A stretch of DNA of 64,000 nucleotides from a virus. The stretch lies in the IMG/VR virus record IMGVR_UViG_3300032050_000010; one strand, given 5' to 3'. The position numbers and the translations under genes are program-made. This document shows positions 20,553 to 31,315 of this stretch, in pieces. Below the pieces are notes generated by a model. That model ran no database searches. It saw nothing but the letters and a program-made list of their open reading frames with translations, and was not told the origin of the DNA. Every line of letters begins with the position of its first letter. Position 1 is the stretch's first letter.

Positions 20553-20751
20553 GGATAAAGAAGTTCAGCTTGAGGAGTTCTACATCCTGACCACGAACTT
20601 CTCAATCTCTTTCTCTGACTTCTACAAGATGCCAATAAACGTGCGTCGCTGGATGATCAAAAAGATGATTAAGTTGAGGACACCTGAACAATCTGATCCA
20701 ATGCAGAACATGGACGTTCCAATCACGTCTCTTCTAAAGCGCGATAAGTAG
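20533..20751 (+). CDS. gp51-like chaperone extension in +1 frame, probably made by frameshift
   Basis: Not in ORF track. Reads FFGLKTEDKEVQLEEFYILTTNFSISFSDFYKMPINVRRWMIKKMI...KRDK*; in-frame TAG at 20521 and no start codon before ATG 20629. Confidence 0.65.
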   Translation, partial: FFGLKTEDKEVQLEEFYILTTNFSISFSDFYKMPINVRRWMIKKMIKLRTPEQSDPMQNMDVPITSLLKRDK

Positions 20752-20766
20752 CGTTAGGTGCACTAG

Positions 20767-23010
20767 ATGGCGAACGACCAACTTAAAGAAGAGCTAGAGC
20801 TACGAAAAGGAATTAATCGGGCTATAGCAGATCAAATTAAGCTGCAATCAATACAAAGCGGTAGAGCGACAGAAGCAGCTGCTGATGATCAAAGAAAACG
20901 TCTACTGGCAGATATTGAACAAACAGACAAAGCAACAGGGCACTTAAATACGCGCACAGCTCAGTATCGTCAAGAGAGCACACAGTATCGCGGCGCTCTC
21001 AGGCAGGAAGCACAGGCTGGAACAGACGCTTTCGAGGGCCTTCGCAAGATGACAGAAGGTCTTGCGACAGGCTTGTTTGAAGCCCGTCAGCGACTCATGG
21101 ATTTTTCTGCCGAGCGACGCGAGTCAGTTAGAGCCATTGCAGAGATCGTTGGTGGTTCATCACGTGCTTTCATGTTTATGGCAAATGATGCTACAAGTGC
21201 CGGAGAACAGATTGCAAGTTCTTTAGCTGGTACCACTGAGAAAGTAAATGACTATGTTAAAACTTTGGGCGGCCTCGCTGGCGAAACAGGCGCATTTACT
21301 GATGCACAGGCAAAATTCATCGGTGGTGTCAATGCTACAGACGACGCATTTTTGAACGCTCAAGGCGCAATGACTGAATTTTACGGTCTTGCAACAGGAT
21401 TTAGACGAGGTCAAGATGGCCAACTTGTCTCGGACTCGTTCTTCAAGGTGCAAGGTGTCCCACTTATGGATGTCATGGGTGGAACAATTGAAGCATTTCG
21501 TCCCTTTCTAGACCTGCTGCAGGATGATAACCTGCGTAAACCGTTCACTCGTGACATGCTCAACCCGCAAGACACAGAAGAGTCGCTCAAAGAGCTGAAG
21601 CGAATGGACGTTGCCATCAAAGCATTCAACTTGTCTAATGATCAAGTGACGCAATTTGTCCGTGAGTCATACATCCGAACTGGTAAGGCAAACACAGATT
21701 ACTTCAATGAAGTCGTGAAAGCAGCCGAGATGGGACAGAATGCGTTTGGCTACAACGCACAGCTCATCATCCACGACATCTCACGCATGTCGCAGAATAT
21801 TGACACGTTCGGTTTTAGGACAGCAGATGAGTTTGCCAAGATAGCAGCAAAAGCGCATGACGTTCACATAAGTGTAACAGAATTGCAAGGTGTGATGGGC
21901 AAGTTTGACACATTTGAGTCAGCTGCACAGACAGTAGGTCAGCTTAACTCAGCGCTAGGCACCAATTTTGATGCACTTGAATTGATGACCTTAAAGTACG
22001 AAGATCCTGCGATGATGTTAGAGCGGCTTCGTGAGGGCCTCATGTCGACAGGAAAGTCGTTTGAAGATATCCCGATCGGTTATAGGCGCATGATCACACA
22101 GCAGCTAGGAATATCACACGAGGGGCTGCGCGGTATGATGGACGGTTCCGTGCAGTCATTAGAAGAGCTCACACAGGCACAACAGCAGCAGCAAGATGAG
22201 ATGGGAAAGATGGACGCGGGCGCACAGCAAAAGGCACTCGATGCCCGTGTCGAGATGCGTGTGAAGATGTCGTCAGAGTTAATATCGTCTGCTGAAGATC
22301 TATCGCGTCAAGCTGAACGTGCTGCTAAACAGTATGCCAACGTTGGCCTCGAATTGTCAGAGACAGCTGAGCGCACAAATGATGCAGTCTCAAAGTTCGC
22401 GTCAAACTACCTTGAAAAAGTTGCACCTGCATACGAGCGTGTCGCGAAGGGCATTAGAGCTGTCGAGGCAGGCGTTGTCATGCTAGGTGAAGCAACAGCT
22501 GAGAAAGCACTATTGACAGTCGGAGAAAATGCATCAAAAATTGCAACTGCCATCCTAGATCAGGTCTTTGCAACGTTCGAGAAAGAGGTGATGTCTCAAC
22601 TAAGTGCTATGATGGTTGGAGCAGATGGCAGAGAACCACCAGAGCTTGTAAGAATTAGAGAAGGTTTGTCAAAAGCAAAACCAACACAATTGCAGGACGC
22701 CTACATCACACCCGGCACCGATCGCGCTGTCATTGCTACAGGCTTCGGCCAGTTAGATGAACAGTTGTATGAAATCAGACCGGAAGACGCGGTGACTATA
22801 AAACCGGAGCGCGCGCCAGGTGCTGCACCGCAGCCAGAACCGCAGCAAGCACAGCGCACCAACCTCCCAGCTGTGTCTGACACCATCCGCGCGTCCTTAC
22901 AGGGGGTCGGCACCTCACTTCGCATCGAGCTTGACGTGGGCCAGCTGACTGAACTCGTCCTTCGTGATATCATGATGAACAAGCCTAACGTCTTCGGCGG
23001 GATAGGCTGA
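20767..23010 (+). CDS. Tape measure protein
   Basis: 747-aa helical Ala/Gln-rich protein after chaperone; KFDTFESAAQTVGQLNSALG repeat type. Confidence 0.8.
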   Translation: MANDQLKEELELRKGINRAIADQIKLQSIQSGRATEAAADDQRKRLLADIEQTDKATGHLNTRTAQYRQESTQYRGALRQEAQAGTDAFEGLRKMTEGLATGLFEARQRLMDFSAERRESVRAIAEIVGGSSRAFMFMANDATSAGEQIASSLAGTTEKVNDYVKTLGGLAGETGAFTDAQAKFIGGVNATDDAFLNAQGAMTEFYGLATGFRRGQDGQLVSDSFFKVQGVPLMDVMGGTIEAFRPFLDLLQDDNLRKPFTRDMLNPQDTEESLKELKRMDVAIKAFNLSNDQVTQFVRESYIRTGKANTDYFNEVVKAAEMGQNAFGYNAQLIIHDISRMSQNIDTFGFRTADEFAKIAAKAHDVHISVTELQGVMGKFDTFESAAQTVGQLNSALGTNFDALELMTLKYEDPAMMLERLREGLMSTGKSFEDIPIGYRRMITQQLGISHEGLRGMMDGSVQSLEELTQAQQQQQDEMGKMDAGAQQKALDARVEMRVKMSSELISSAEDLSRQAERAAKQYANVGLELSETAERTNDAVSKFASNYLEKVAPAYERVAKGIRAVEAGVVMLGEATAEKALLTVGENASKIATAILDQVFATFEKEVMSQLSAMMVGADGREPPELVRIREGLSKAKPTQLQDAYITPGTDRAVIATGFGQLDEQLYEIRPEDAVTIKPERAPGAAPQPEPQQAQRTNLPAVSDTIRASLQGVGTSLRIELDVGQLTELVLRDIMMNKPNVFGGIG

Positions 23011-23213
23011 TGCACGTCAGAGATCTCCTTGATCTGACAGTTGAAGAGCAGGCAGCACTGCAGCATTTTGAGAAGGAGCTCGATCGCCTCGCAGCCTCCT
23101 CACCTCCCGTGATCTCAGAGACAGAGATAAGTAAGATTGAGACATCGTTAACCAGCATCATCGAGGAGATCGTCGACCGTGGCAGAAAGCAGGCAAACAA
23201 GAGCAACGCTTAG
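23010..23213 (+). CDS. Small hypothetical protein
   Basis: Coupled to TMP stop (TGATG). Confidence 0.5.
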   Translation: MHVRDLLDLTVEEQAALQHFEKELDRLAASSPPVISETEISKIETSLTSIIEEIVDRGRKQANKSNA

Positions 23214-26200
23214 AGATTTTCTCGCCGCCCGTGGGTCGAGTGCGTCATCTATCACACTGACACCTGATGCATCCAGCTCACCTCCAGGCGGTGCCTTCAA
23301 TGAAGGCGACGACCTCGGCGTTGATCCGAACACTGCAGAGCCGCTGCTCGGGCTCGACGGCTTGGCGGCAGCATATGTCGCCTTCCTAACACAGCAGAGT
23401 GGCAACCTCTACGAGATCACACCGCAAGGTGAGGAAGCACCCTCATCTAACCGAGGTGATCAGCTCCAAGATCCTAGTCAGCAAGGTGCTGCTCGCGTCT
23501 TTGTCAGGCCAGGTACGACGCTGGGTCAGGCGATGCAGCTATCCAACAGCGGCATACAAGATGCCACTGACTATCCTATCGCATCTTACCTCGACAAGAC
23601 GGGCGGCAATCCTGATCTGAGCGGCGACGGATTACTTGCGTCAGTTTTGGGTCGACCTCTGGATTTGACAGGTAATCCAGAGATTGACACGCCAGTCAAC
23701 ACAGCCACGCAGAGTGGAAAGATGCAGACAGGTGTCCTGCAGACGCTTGACAACAATAACAGAGCTGCACCTCCGATTGAGCCCGGCTCACTGTCGACAG
23801 TCGCGATCCCAAATCGCATAACGATCAACGAGATCGACCAACAACCGCTGCAATCGGCACAGCGAGCGTTTGGTGACTACGTCAAGGATGACGGTGCCAC
23901 ATCCCAATCTTACACATACGACAGGTTGCGGAATGTAGGCGCTTGGCTGATCGCGTCTGCAGCGGGTTACAACATGCCTGCAGGCGAGAATGAGCCCCAA
24001 GATATCGAGCAGTTCTTCACACAGGGCATCAATCCCGACGCTCGCATCAGCACCGTTGCCAATCAGCTTGCCACCAAACGAGGCAACGACACGATCACAC
24101 AGGACGACACGGTGGCATCCAACGCGCCAGGCTATCCCAAGCAAGCGTCGGGTGCCTCCATGCGCGCCGACCGTGGCGTGGTCAAGCCACCCGATGAAGA
24201 TGCACCCTACTCTGAGCAGACAACGACGTCTTATACGTCTGAGACGCCCTTCTCTGACACGTCCCGACAAGGTAATGCAAAGCTGGCACAAGCAAAGGCG
24301 CTCCTCGCGATCACCCGCTTGGCAGAGCTAGTCAACACTGATCTTGTGCAGGATCCAGACAGTGCCTTGGGGTTAACAAGTGAGTTGAAGAGTTTAGGGC
24401 CCTACTTCATGGGCGGATCTATCTATGGGCGCGTCAACGCGATGCACAGGATGATCTTGAGTGTCACATATGTTCCAACTCGCAACGCGTACAAGGATGC
24501 TGTCGTCGCTGGCATGGGGGTCATGCTAGGTAAGGATCTGAGCAAGAGTGGGTCACCCCGCCAGATCGGCGATTACTACGGTGCGATGCCGTCATCACCT
24601 GGCTTCTGGGAGGCAGTTGCAAAATCTGCAGTTGACACTATCAGGCAGATGCGCATACCTAGCGACGTTGCAGATAGCGTATCACCACAGTACTACGTCG
24701 ATCTAAGTAGAAGCAAGGCAGTTAAGATGATGAATGCGTTCGCCACAGTCGGTGACATCATCCTCCAGGTGACAGGCAAAACGTTCGACCCAGAGACGAT
24801 TGGCTCCGACATAAGGACAGCAGCAGGGATCGAGCAAGTTGACGATCTACCCGTGACGGCAGGCACACGCATCTCGAAGAGCAGAGAGGGCTTGGGCAGG
24901 TCGCCACTCGCGCTCAGCTGGCGCGGTAGTAGCCTACCCGGCCTCTACATGCTGTCAGACGACGTCGTGCGAGCGTCACTGCAGATGGGTAACCTGCTAA
25001 CAGGTGAGAACCCAGCACGAGGCATGCTCGCCTCCTCGTTGATCGACAAGACGTACACGGATCCCACGCTGAAGGGCTCCAAGGCACGTATTCCAGGCGA
25101 CATCGTCAAGATCATCGAGGACAAGCTCGACGCCGAGTACGTCCCTTTCTACTTCCACGACCTCCGCACTAACGAGATCATCTCCTTCCACGCGTTCCTG
25201 GAGCAGCTATCTGACACATTTGCAGCTAACTACTCCTCCTATAAGACGTACGGTCGCGCCGACCCGATCCAGATGTACTCATCTACCACCCGTACGCTAT
25301 CGCTATCGTTCACGATCGCTGCGACATCCCGTGATGACTTTGATGAGATGTGGTATAAGGTCAATCGTCTAATTGCTTCGACCTATCCCAAGTACACGAA
25401 GGGACAGAGCGTAGAAAACTTAGCGAGCGGAATTAAGTTTGAGCAACCCTTCAGTCAGGTCATCGGTGCAACTCCGATCACACGGTTGCGCATCGGCGAC
25501 GTTGTCAAGAGCAACTACTCGCGCTTTAATCTTGCTCGCTTCTTCGGCATCGGCAGCGAAGGCACAGACGTGAGTAAGTTTGACAAAAACAAAAGCAACG
25601 CTCCGGCAGCAATACAGACACCCACTCCAGAGACGCCAGCGCAGGCCGTAGCAAGTGGTTTGGCAGGGTTCTTTGGCCTTGGAAAGCGTGCAGAAAACTT
25701 ATCAATGTTAAAATTCTATGCTCTGTTTGGCTCACCTGTCAAAAGCGCTGCTTCTGCATTTGATCCCGAGAAAGTGAATAACGCTAAAGTTCTCAATACA
25801 GCAGCGACAAACATTGCATCAAACTTCTTAGTCAACGGGTTTGTCAATCCTTTAGGCTACGGATTGATGACGGCTGGTACTCAAAATCCTGACAATCCTA
25901 ACAACACAGATCTTGAGAGCGCTTTTGGCGTATCTGATGCACAGAATGGGGGATTTGTTCCCAATTTAACGGTCGCATTTTTAAAGCCTAGAGAGCGCGC
26001 GTATGACACAGTTGATGCTGCTGGAAATGTGATTGGTAAGTTTACAGCCCGCCGGTCGCTCAAAGTTCATATCCTGCGGCGCCTGGAGCACACAGATAGA
26101 TCAACTTTCCGAAATGAACCTTGGAGCACAATTAATCATATTGCCGATCAAGATGTGACCACAAGAGAGACACACTACATCGTGACAGTGATCGATCCCA

Positions 26201-26781
26201 CACAGTTTAACCCAGCAAATCGCGACGGTGAGAGTGACAAAGCTGCAGGTGAAAACATTTTGGTCACTCACGATGACCTGCAGCCAGATCTTGGCAGTGT
26301 CTTCTCACCTGCAGCTTTAGCCATCAATCCAGCTGGAACTTTGATAGATGCAGTTCTAACAGGTGTAGACACAGTAGCTGCAGTTGGCAATTTAAACGTC
26401 TCAAGCCTCATTGACAATGCAACTGACACAGGCGTCAAGGGTTTCATGTCTCCCGAGAACAACACAATAGTCAGATCATTTGAGCACAACAAGGGTCGCG
26501 GCCTCGCAGGCGTCATCAAGCAGCTTTCCTTCAACTGGATCGACTTCAACTGGGAAACTGACTGGGGTGCCCGCGCCCCAATGGGCACGAAAGTGACGAT
26601 CTCCTTCGAGTGCATCCACGACCTCCCACCTGGCCTTGATGAGAGCGGTTACATGCGTGCTCCGACCCATAACGTTGGCTCTATCATGAACACAATCGCA
26701 GGTGACCCGTATGACGATGGTGGCACGATCTCTCGGGCGAACTTCTCAAGGCAGGGTGCCTCTAGTGTGGTGAAGAAGTAA
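23179..26781 (+). CDS. Large baseplate/tube-initiator protein (gp48/gp54-like domain)
   Basis: YVPFYFHDLR, FHAFLEQLSDTF, YGRADPIQMYSSTTRTLSLSF, RLRIGD ... GVIKQLSFNW, VTISFECIH. Confidence 0.65.
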   Translation: MAESRQTRATLRDFLAARGSSASSITLTPDASSSPPGGAFNEGDDLGVDPNTAEPLLGLDGLAAAYVAFLTQQSGNLYEITPQGEEAPSSNRGDQLQDPSQQGAARVFVRPGTTLGQAMQLSNSGIQDATDYPIASYLDKTGGNPDLSGDGLLASVLGRPLDLTGNPEIDTPVNTATQSGKMQTGVLQTLDNNNRAAPPIEPGSLSTVAIPNRITINEIDQQPLQSAQRAFGDYVKDDGATSQSYTYDRLRNVGAWLIASAAGYNMPAGENEPQDIEQFFTQGINPDARISTVANQLATKRGNDTITQDDTVASNAPGYPKQASGASMRADRGVVKPPDEDAPYSEQTTTSYTSETPFSDTSRQGNAKLAQAKALLAITRLAELVNTDLVQDPDSALGLTSELKSLGPYFMGGSIYGRVNAMHRMILSVTYVPTRNAYKDAVVAGMGVMLGKDLSKSGSPRQIGDYYGAMPSSPGFWEAVAKSAVDTIRQMRIPSDVADSVSPQYYVDLSRSKAVKMMNAFATVGDIILQVTGKTFDPETIGSDIRTAAGIEQVDDLPVTAGTRISKSREGLGRSPLALSWRGSSLPGLYMLSDDVVRASLQMGNLLTGENPARGMLASSLIDKTYTDPTLKGSKARIPGDIVKIIEDKLDAEYVPFYFHDLRTNEIISFHAFLEQLSDTFAANYSSYKTYGRADPIQMYSSTTRTLSLSFTIAATSRDDFDEMWYKVNRLIASTYPKYTKGQSVENLASGIKFEQPFSQVIGATPITRLRIGDVVKSNYSRFNLARFFGIGSEGTDVSKFDKNKSNAPAAIQTPTPETPAQAVASGLAGFFGLGKRAENLSMLKFYALFGSPVKSAASAFDPEKVNNAKVLNTAATNIASNFLVNGFVNPLGYGLMTAGTQNPDNPNNTDLESAFGVSDAQNGGFVPNLTVAFLKPRERAYDTVDAAGNVIGKFTARRSLKVHILRRLEHTDRSTFRNEPWSTINHIADQDVTTRETHYIVTVIDPTQFNPANRDGESDKAAGENILVTHDDLQPDLGSVFSPAALAINPAGTLIDAVLTGVDTVAAVGNLNVSSLIDNATDTGVKGFMSPENNTIVRSFEHNKGRGLAGVIKQLSFNWIDFNWETDWGARAPMGTKVTISFECIHDLPPGLDESGYMRAPTHNVGSIMNTIAGDPYDDGGTISRANFSRQGASSVVKK

Positions 26782-27077
26782 TGGCAAGAAGCAGATACAC
26801 ATTCGTGAGCCGCATCAACAACGGGCAAGGGATCGCCAACTGGCTGGGTGGGGCGACGATCTTCAACGCCGTGCTGTCAGGTGAGCTTGAAGCTGACACA
26901 ATCGTCCTGACACAGGGGCAGCGACTTGACCACCTCGCAGGTCAGTACTACGGCAACGGTAGATACTGGTGGATCATCGCAGCAGCAAGTGGAATTGGTT
27001 GGTCATTGCAGTGCCCGCCCGGCACCGTTGTTAAGATCCCCAAAAACCTCGACGCAGCGTTGAGCATCGGACGTTAA
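26781..27077 (+). CDS. Baseplate wedge LysM-like protein (gp53/P2 gpX-like)
   Basis: GQRLDHLAGQYYGNGRYWWIIAAAS...PGTVVKIP. Confidence 0.85.
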   Translation: MARSRYTFVSRINNGQGIANWLGGATIFNAVLSGELEADTIVLTQGQRLDHLAGQYYGNGRYWWIIAAASGIGWSLQCPPGTVVKIPKNLDAALSIGR

Positions 27078-27078
27078 T

Positions 27079-30000
27079 ATGGGCAAGACTGTCAACCCCT
27101 CTCTAAACAACACAAACTTCACGCCAACATCTGAGCTGCAGGTTGCTTACAAAGAGCTACGTGAGTACCTGACGCTGAGAAGTAACAATGAGCTACTCGA
27201 AGACACATCAGCCAGCGCATCTTCATCAAAGACAAGTAACAATCAATCTAATAATACACTTGGAATATCAACAATTCTATCACCCGATGGCGCATTTTTC
27301 TCAAAAGATATTCCTGACATTCTAAAGCAGTTAAATCTGCAACCTGCAACTGAATTTGGTGCAAAAGACACAGGTGATATTAATGTGTACGGCTCAGTTG
27401 ATAGTGATTATGGAGAAAATTTATTCCATGCACTTAATATACAACCTGATGCCTTTGATCTTAGCAATGAAGTAACAAGACAACAAAAGCTCACAATCGC
27501 ACTTGATAGATTTAAGCAAATTGAAGAATTAACGAGTAAATCAAGGCCTTTAGCAACAACGATCCAAGGTTTGCTCGACCAGCTTAGTGTGCTGAGTTCA
27601 GATAAATCCGTATCACTTAACGATCCAAGAATTTTGGCGCTAAACGAAAGAATTGATTCATTGCAGCAAGATTTGAAAAAATTACAGGAACAAACAAGCG
27701 CTCTAAAGGCAAAAAAAATTGAATCGTATAGTGACGCCGAAAGATTTTCAAATCAAAATACACGCTCTGCACTAAATTTAGATACAATTAATTTAGTTTC
27801 TCTTTATCGACACGTTGCGCAGTATCTCGACCCCGCTTCAACAGCTTCTGACTATTGCAACGTCTTCTTTAACGCCATCGACAGCATCAACATGTCGATG
27901 TGCGTACCATTTTTTCGGCTCAACATCATCGATCGATTTGCAAAGAAGAAAGGACGCTACTCAAAGCTGTCACTATCAGCTTTTTTGAAGCAGACAACTA
28001 ACACAACGGGTGACAAGATCTTTTATGAAGCAGAACCGTTCACGACGAACGCATCTGTATCAGTGGCAAAGAAGTTAAGAAGCGGTAAAGTTATCAGTAC
28101 AGAGGCATTTTTTGCACCCCAGACACTGTTACCCGACCCTACAGAAATCTTGTCAAATCCTCGTCGACTTGATACATCTGTCCCACTACTGTCTCTTAAC
28201 AGCTTCAGCATTGGAATTGAGACTGTAGGCATTGCGCTTTTATCAAAGAAGACAGCAGATCTGTCTATTACACTACACGATCGCTCAAGGCTGTCAGATA
28301 TTTCACCTCTTGTGTCAGTAGGCAACTTCTCATCTTTGTATTTCGAGATCGAATGGGGCTGGACGCATCCTCATGGTGAAGCAAAGTTTGATAATCATGT
28401 TGCACGCTACCTCAACTCACTGAGATATCGTGAAGTTTTTTCACCTACGTCCTACAACATGACAATGGCAGACGGCGGTGCAATGAACATTAATATCCGG
28501 CTCATCGGCGGCGGTTCGCTCGATGCAGTTAACGGCTCGATCTTGAACGGTGGGTTCTTGACAAGAGCATACGCATCCCAGATGCTTGACAAGCTGATTA
28601 AAACAGAAATCGCCGAAGAAGACGGTGAGCAAGCAGCTGCAGAAGAGATTAGAACTGTGACCAAAGTTCTAGTTGACAAATCTAGAACTGCAGACATGGT
28701 CGATGGATCTTTTGTGAAATCTTTGTGGGCGTATGTCGAAGGTGATGATAGGTCTGCCCCAGCGCGAGCTAAGCTTATCACCAATCTGCAATCTATTTTA
28801 GATCAAAGTGATTACTATAGAAATAGTGAGATATTTGATTTAATTAGAAAAAAAATACCAGTTCCTAGCTATCCACCGTCTGCTGAAAGATTTAAGAGAT
28901 TAAAAAGTAAATATAGCACGCAAGTTGTCGAACAAGATTTCACGTCAGTGGCCAGTTATCTTGCTCTTTTGGTTGGCATGCCGCTTGCATCGACAGGCCT
29001 CTACTCAGAAGTGCAAATACACACTTTTAAATTTAATGCTGAGGCAGGTGCGATGGCGGGGTGCCAGATCTCTGACGCACCTATACGAGTTGCTGATGTT
29101 TTAAAGCATCCAGATCAAGAGAACTCGCTTGCACAGAACACTAGCATCTCAAATGCGCTATCTCTTCTTGCCAACTATCTCAGCAATCCTAAACAACCGT
29201 TATATGAAATTTCATCAGACACGCAGTATTCACAGATAAAAGTTGACGACACGCGGCGTGAGATGGGTGATCCTGCTGCTGCTCCCGACAAAAATGCCCA
29301 AGAAAAAGCGGATGTTTTTGAGAAGCCCGACAGCTTCACGACACCTAACATTAGATACATCATCAGAAGCATTCCTGCCAAAGAGTATACGAATGAGAGC
29401 AAGAAGACAATCGCCGATTACGTTGTTAATCCTGAGAAGCTAATTGCGCAAGTCATCATCTACGATGCAAATTCTTCTCCAAACTATGACAAGATCATCG
29501 GAGCTTATAGCTATGGCAAACTTTCAGGAAAAGATGGTAAAACAATCAAACCTGACTTCGCCAAGGATGTCTTCAAGCGCGCTTTTCCAAGCATTGTCTA
29601 CGGCGCCACAAATTCAATGTTGAAGTCAGTCAACGTCTCAACTGACATTAACAACGTAATCTCTCAACAGAACATCCTTGACATAGGAAAGGACATTTAT
29701 CTAGGGCGCAGTAAGTCAGATGCGTCAACAGATGTGAGCGAGATCGCTCTCTTCCCGGGTTCTGTGACTGTATCAATGATTGGGCTGCCTATCATCGAAC
29801 GTGGGCAGGAAGTCTACCTCGACTTGGGCACTGGGACAACTCTCGACGCCCTCTACTACGTTACGTCAGTCAAGCACGAATTCCGACCAGGAGAGTTCAC
29901 TACTAACCTCACACTGACTTACAAGGGACAAGGCTCAGTGATGAGTTTGGATACAATGCTCAAGCAGTTTAATGACACGCTGACACAAGCAGAGAAAGCA

Positions 30001-30111
30001 CCCGAAGCTGCTAAATCTGAGACATCGGCGCCTGTAGATCCTAGGAAAGACGCCAAGGGCTCAGCAGAAGCAAGAGCAGTGCTAAGAGCAGAAGCACTGT
30101 CGGGTTTATAA
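27079..30111 (+). CDS. Baseplate hub protein (gp27/P2 gpD-like)
   Basis: FEIEWGWTHP; C-terminal VSMIGLPIIERGQ...YYVTSVKHEFRPGEFTTNL; position. Confidence 0.7.
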   Translation: MGKTVNPSLNNTNFTPTSELQVAYKELREYLTLRSNNELLEDTSASASSSKTSNNQSNNTLGISTILSPDGAFFSKDIPDILKQLNLQPATEFGAKDTGDINVYGSVDSDYGENLFHALNIQPDAFDLSNEVTRQQKLTIALDRFKQIEELTSKSRPLATTIQGLLDQLSVLSSDKSVSLNDPRILALNERIDSLQQDLKKLQEQTSALKAKKIESYSDAERFSNQNTRSALNLDTINLVSLYRHVAQYLDPASTASDYCNVFFNAIDSINMSMCVPFFRLNIIDRFAKKKGRYSKLSLSAFLKQTTNTTGDKIFYEAEPFTTNASVSVAKKLRSGKVISTEAFFAPQTLLPDPTEILSNPRRLDTSVPLLSLNSFSIGIETVGIALLSKKTADLSITLHDRSRLSDISPLVSVGNFSSLYFEIEWGWTHPHGEAKFDNHVARYLNSLRYREVFSPTSYNMTMADGGAMNINIRLIGGGSLDAVNGSILNGGFLTRAYASQMLDKLIKTEIAEEDGEQAAAEEIRTVTKVLVDKSRTADMVDGSFVKSLWAYVEGDDRSAPARAKLITNLQSILDQSDYYRNSEIFDLIRKKIPVPSYPPSAERFKRLKSKYSTQVVEQDFTSVASYLALLVGMPLASTGLYSEVQIHTFKFNAEAGAMAGCQISDAPIRVADVLKHPDQENSLAQNTSISNALSLLANYLSNPKQPLYEISSDTQYSQIKVDDTRREMGDPAAAPDKNAQEKADVFEKPDSFTTPNIRYIIRSIPAKEYTNESKKTIADYVVNPEKLIAQVIIYDANSSPNYDKIIGAYSYGKLSGKDGKTIKPDFAKDVFKRAFPSIVYGATNSMLKSVNVSTDINNVISQQNILDIGKDIYLGRSKSDASTDVSEIALFPGSVTVSMIGLPIIERGQEVYLDLGTGTTLDALYYVTSVKHEFRPGEFTTNLTLTYKGQGSVMSLDTMLKQFNDTLTQAEKAPEAAKSETSAPVDPRKDAKGSAEARAVLRAEALSGL

Positions 30112-30139
30112 AATCTTAAGAATTTGTGTATCTTTATGT

Positions 30140-31315
30140 ATGAGTTCAAGTATCATCATAAGCAAAGATGCTGTAGGAACTACGTCTAACTTTGGCATTA
30201 AACCAGACGGGACATTTTTCCTAACAGATAACATTGAAGTTAATTCATGGTGCTGGACTTTATTAAATGCACACAATAACTTAAGGTATATTTCACTTGC
30301 AACTAGCGTGCAGGTTACATCGGCGCCCCCGCTAGGTCACGCAAATTCCTGGAATGTTATAGGAAGTGTCCCTCCCTGGGCACAGGCGCTTCCTCCCCAC
30401 GTCTTTAAGAAATGGCTCCAGAAGTTCTCTGCTGATCTCCTAGCACTTCGAGACAGGTGGGCTGACAGTTACTATGGCCGTGACTATCAAGTTCAACAGA
30501 GGCTTCTGCAGAGATTGCAGCAACCTCACGTCGACATTAATGTCATCAAGCAGATCGATGACGATCGCGTGACCTCATTTAAGCCTGCTGAGGGCGAGCT
30601 AGCACCCCGATCCACATATGACATCTGGTCATCAGTTACAGGTCGCATGTCGATTTGTGAGGGACCCAACATCCTCACACTTGACAAGCAGTACCGCAAG
30701 ATCTTCAAGAGTCGCTATGCGGGTGGCAAGATCCTCCAGATCGACTTTACGTCACTTGAACCCTGTGTCTGTCTGGCAATGCAGGGTAAGAAGTTCGACG
30801 GAGATGCTTATGCATGGGCATCTGATCAGGTTGAAGTGCAGGTCCCACGTGAAGTGCTCAAGACGGCGATTATGTCTGCGCTGTATGGCATGACGCCTTC
30901 CAACTTTGCGAAGAAGTTTGCCGACATCCCGCATGCCAACGATCTTCTCTTCCAGGTACGCGATGCCTTCGGTGTTGATGCTCTGACCAAGCGTCTACGT
31001 GAGCAGTTTGATGCTGAGGGGCACATCACGAATCATTTCGGTCGGATCATCAAGTGTGAGAAGAAGTCACCCTTCGTCGCGTATGATGTGCAGTCAACTG
31101 CGGTGGATGTCGTCTGCCAAGGTTTCACGCACCTGCTTGATGAGCTTGAACGCGACAAGATCCAGATGACACCGCTCTACCTCATCCACGACGCGCTCAT
31201 GGTTGATCTGACACCTGAAGCAGCGCAGCACCTCGAGGACCGCGTCAAGGATGGGATCCTCATTCCCACACTCGATTGTAAAATGCCCCTCAAGTTGAAG
31301 ACAATAGACGCATGA
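30140..31315 (+). CDS. Minimal family A DNA polymerase-like protein, no exonuclease domains
   Basis: TGRM, motif A IDFTSLEP, motif B REVLKTAIMSALYGM, VQSTAVD, motif C IHDAL. Confidence 0.8.
   Translation: MSSSIIISKDAVGTTSNFGIKPDGTFFLTDNIEVNSWCWTLLNAHNNLRYISLATSVQVTSAPPLGHANSWNVIGSVPPWAQALPPHVFKKWLQKFSADLLALRDRWADSYYGRDYQVQQRLLQRLQQPHVDINVIKQIDDDRVTSFKPAEGELAPRSTYDIWSSVTGRMSICEGPNILTLDKQYRKIFKSRYAGGKILQIDFTSLEPCVCLAMQGKKFDGDAYAWASDQVEVQVPREVLKTAIMSALYGMTPSNFAKKFADIPHANDLLFQVRDAFGVDALTKRLREQFDAEGHITNHFGRIIKCEKKSPFVAYDVQSTAVDVVCQGFTHLLDELERDKIQMTPLYLIHDALMVDLTPEAAQHLEDRVKDGILIPTLDCKMPLKLKTIDA

Noticed and set aside
20529-20590. Classical -1 frameshift at the T7 run
   Set aside because: The -1 frame stops at TGA after about 19 codons; the protein-like reading is in the +1 frame.
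12998-30111. Bacterial extracellular contractile injection system (two sheaths)
   Set aside because: Linked portal, protease, capsid and replication genes show a complete phage.
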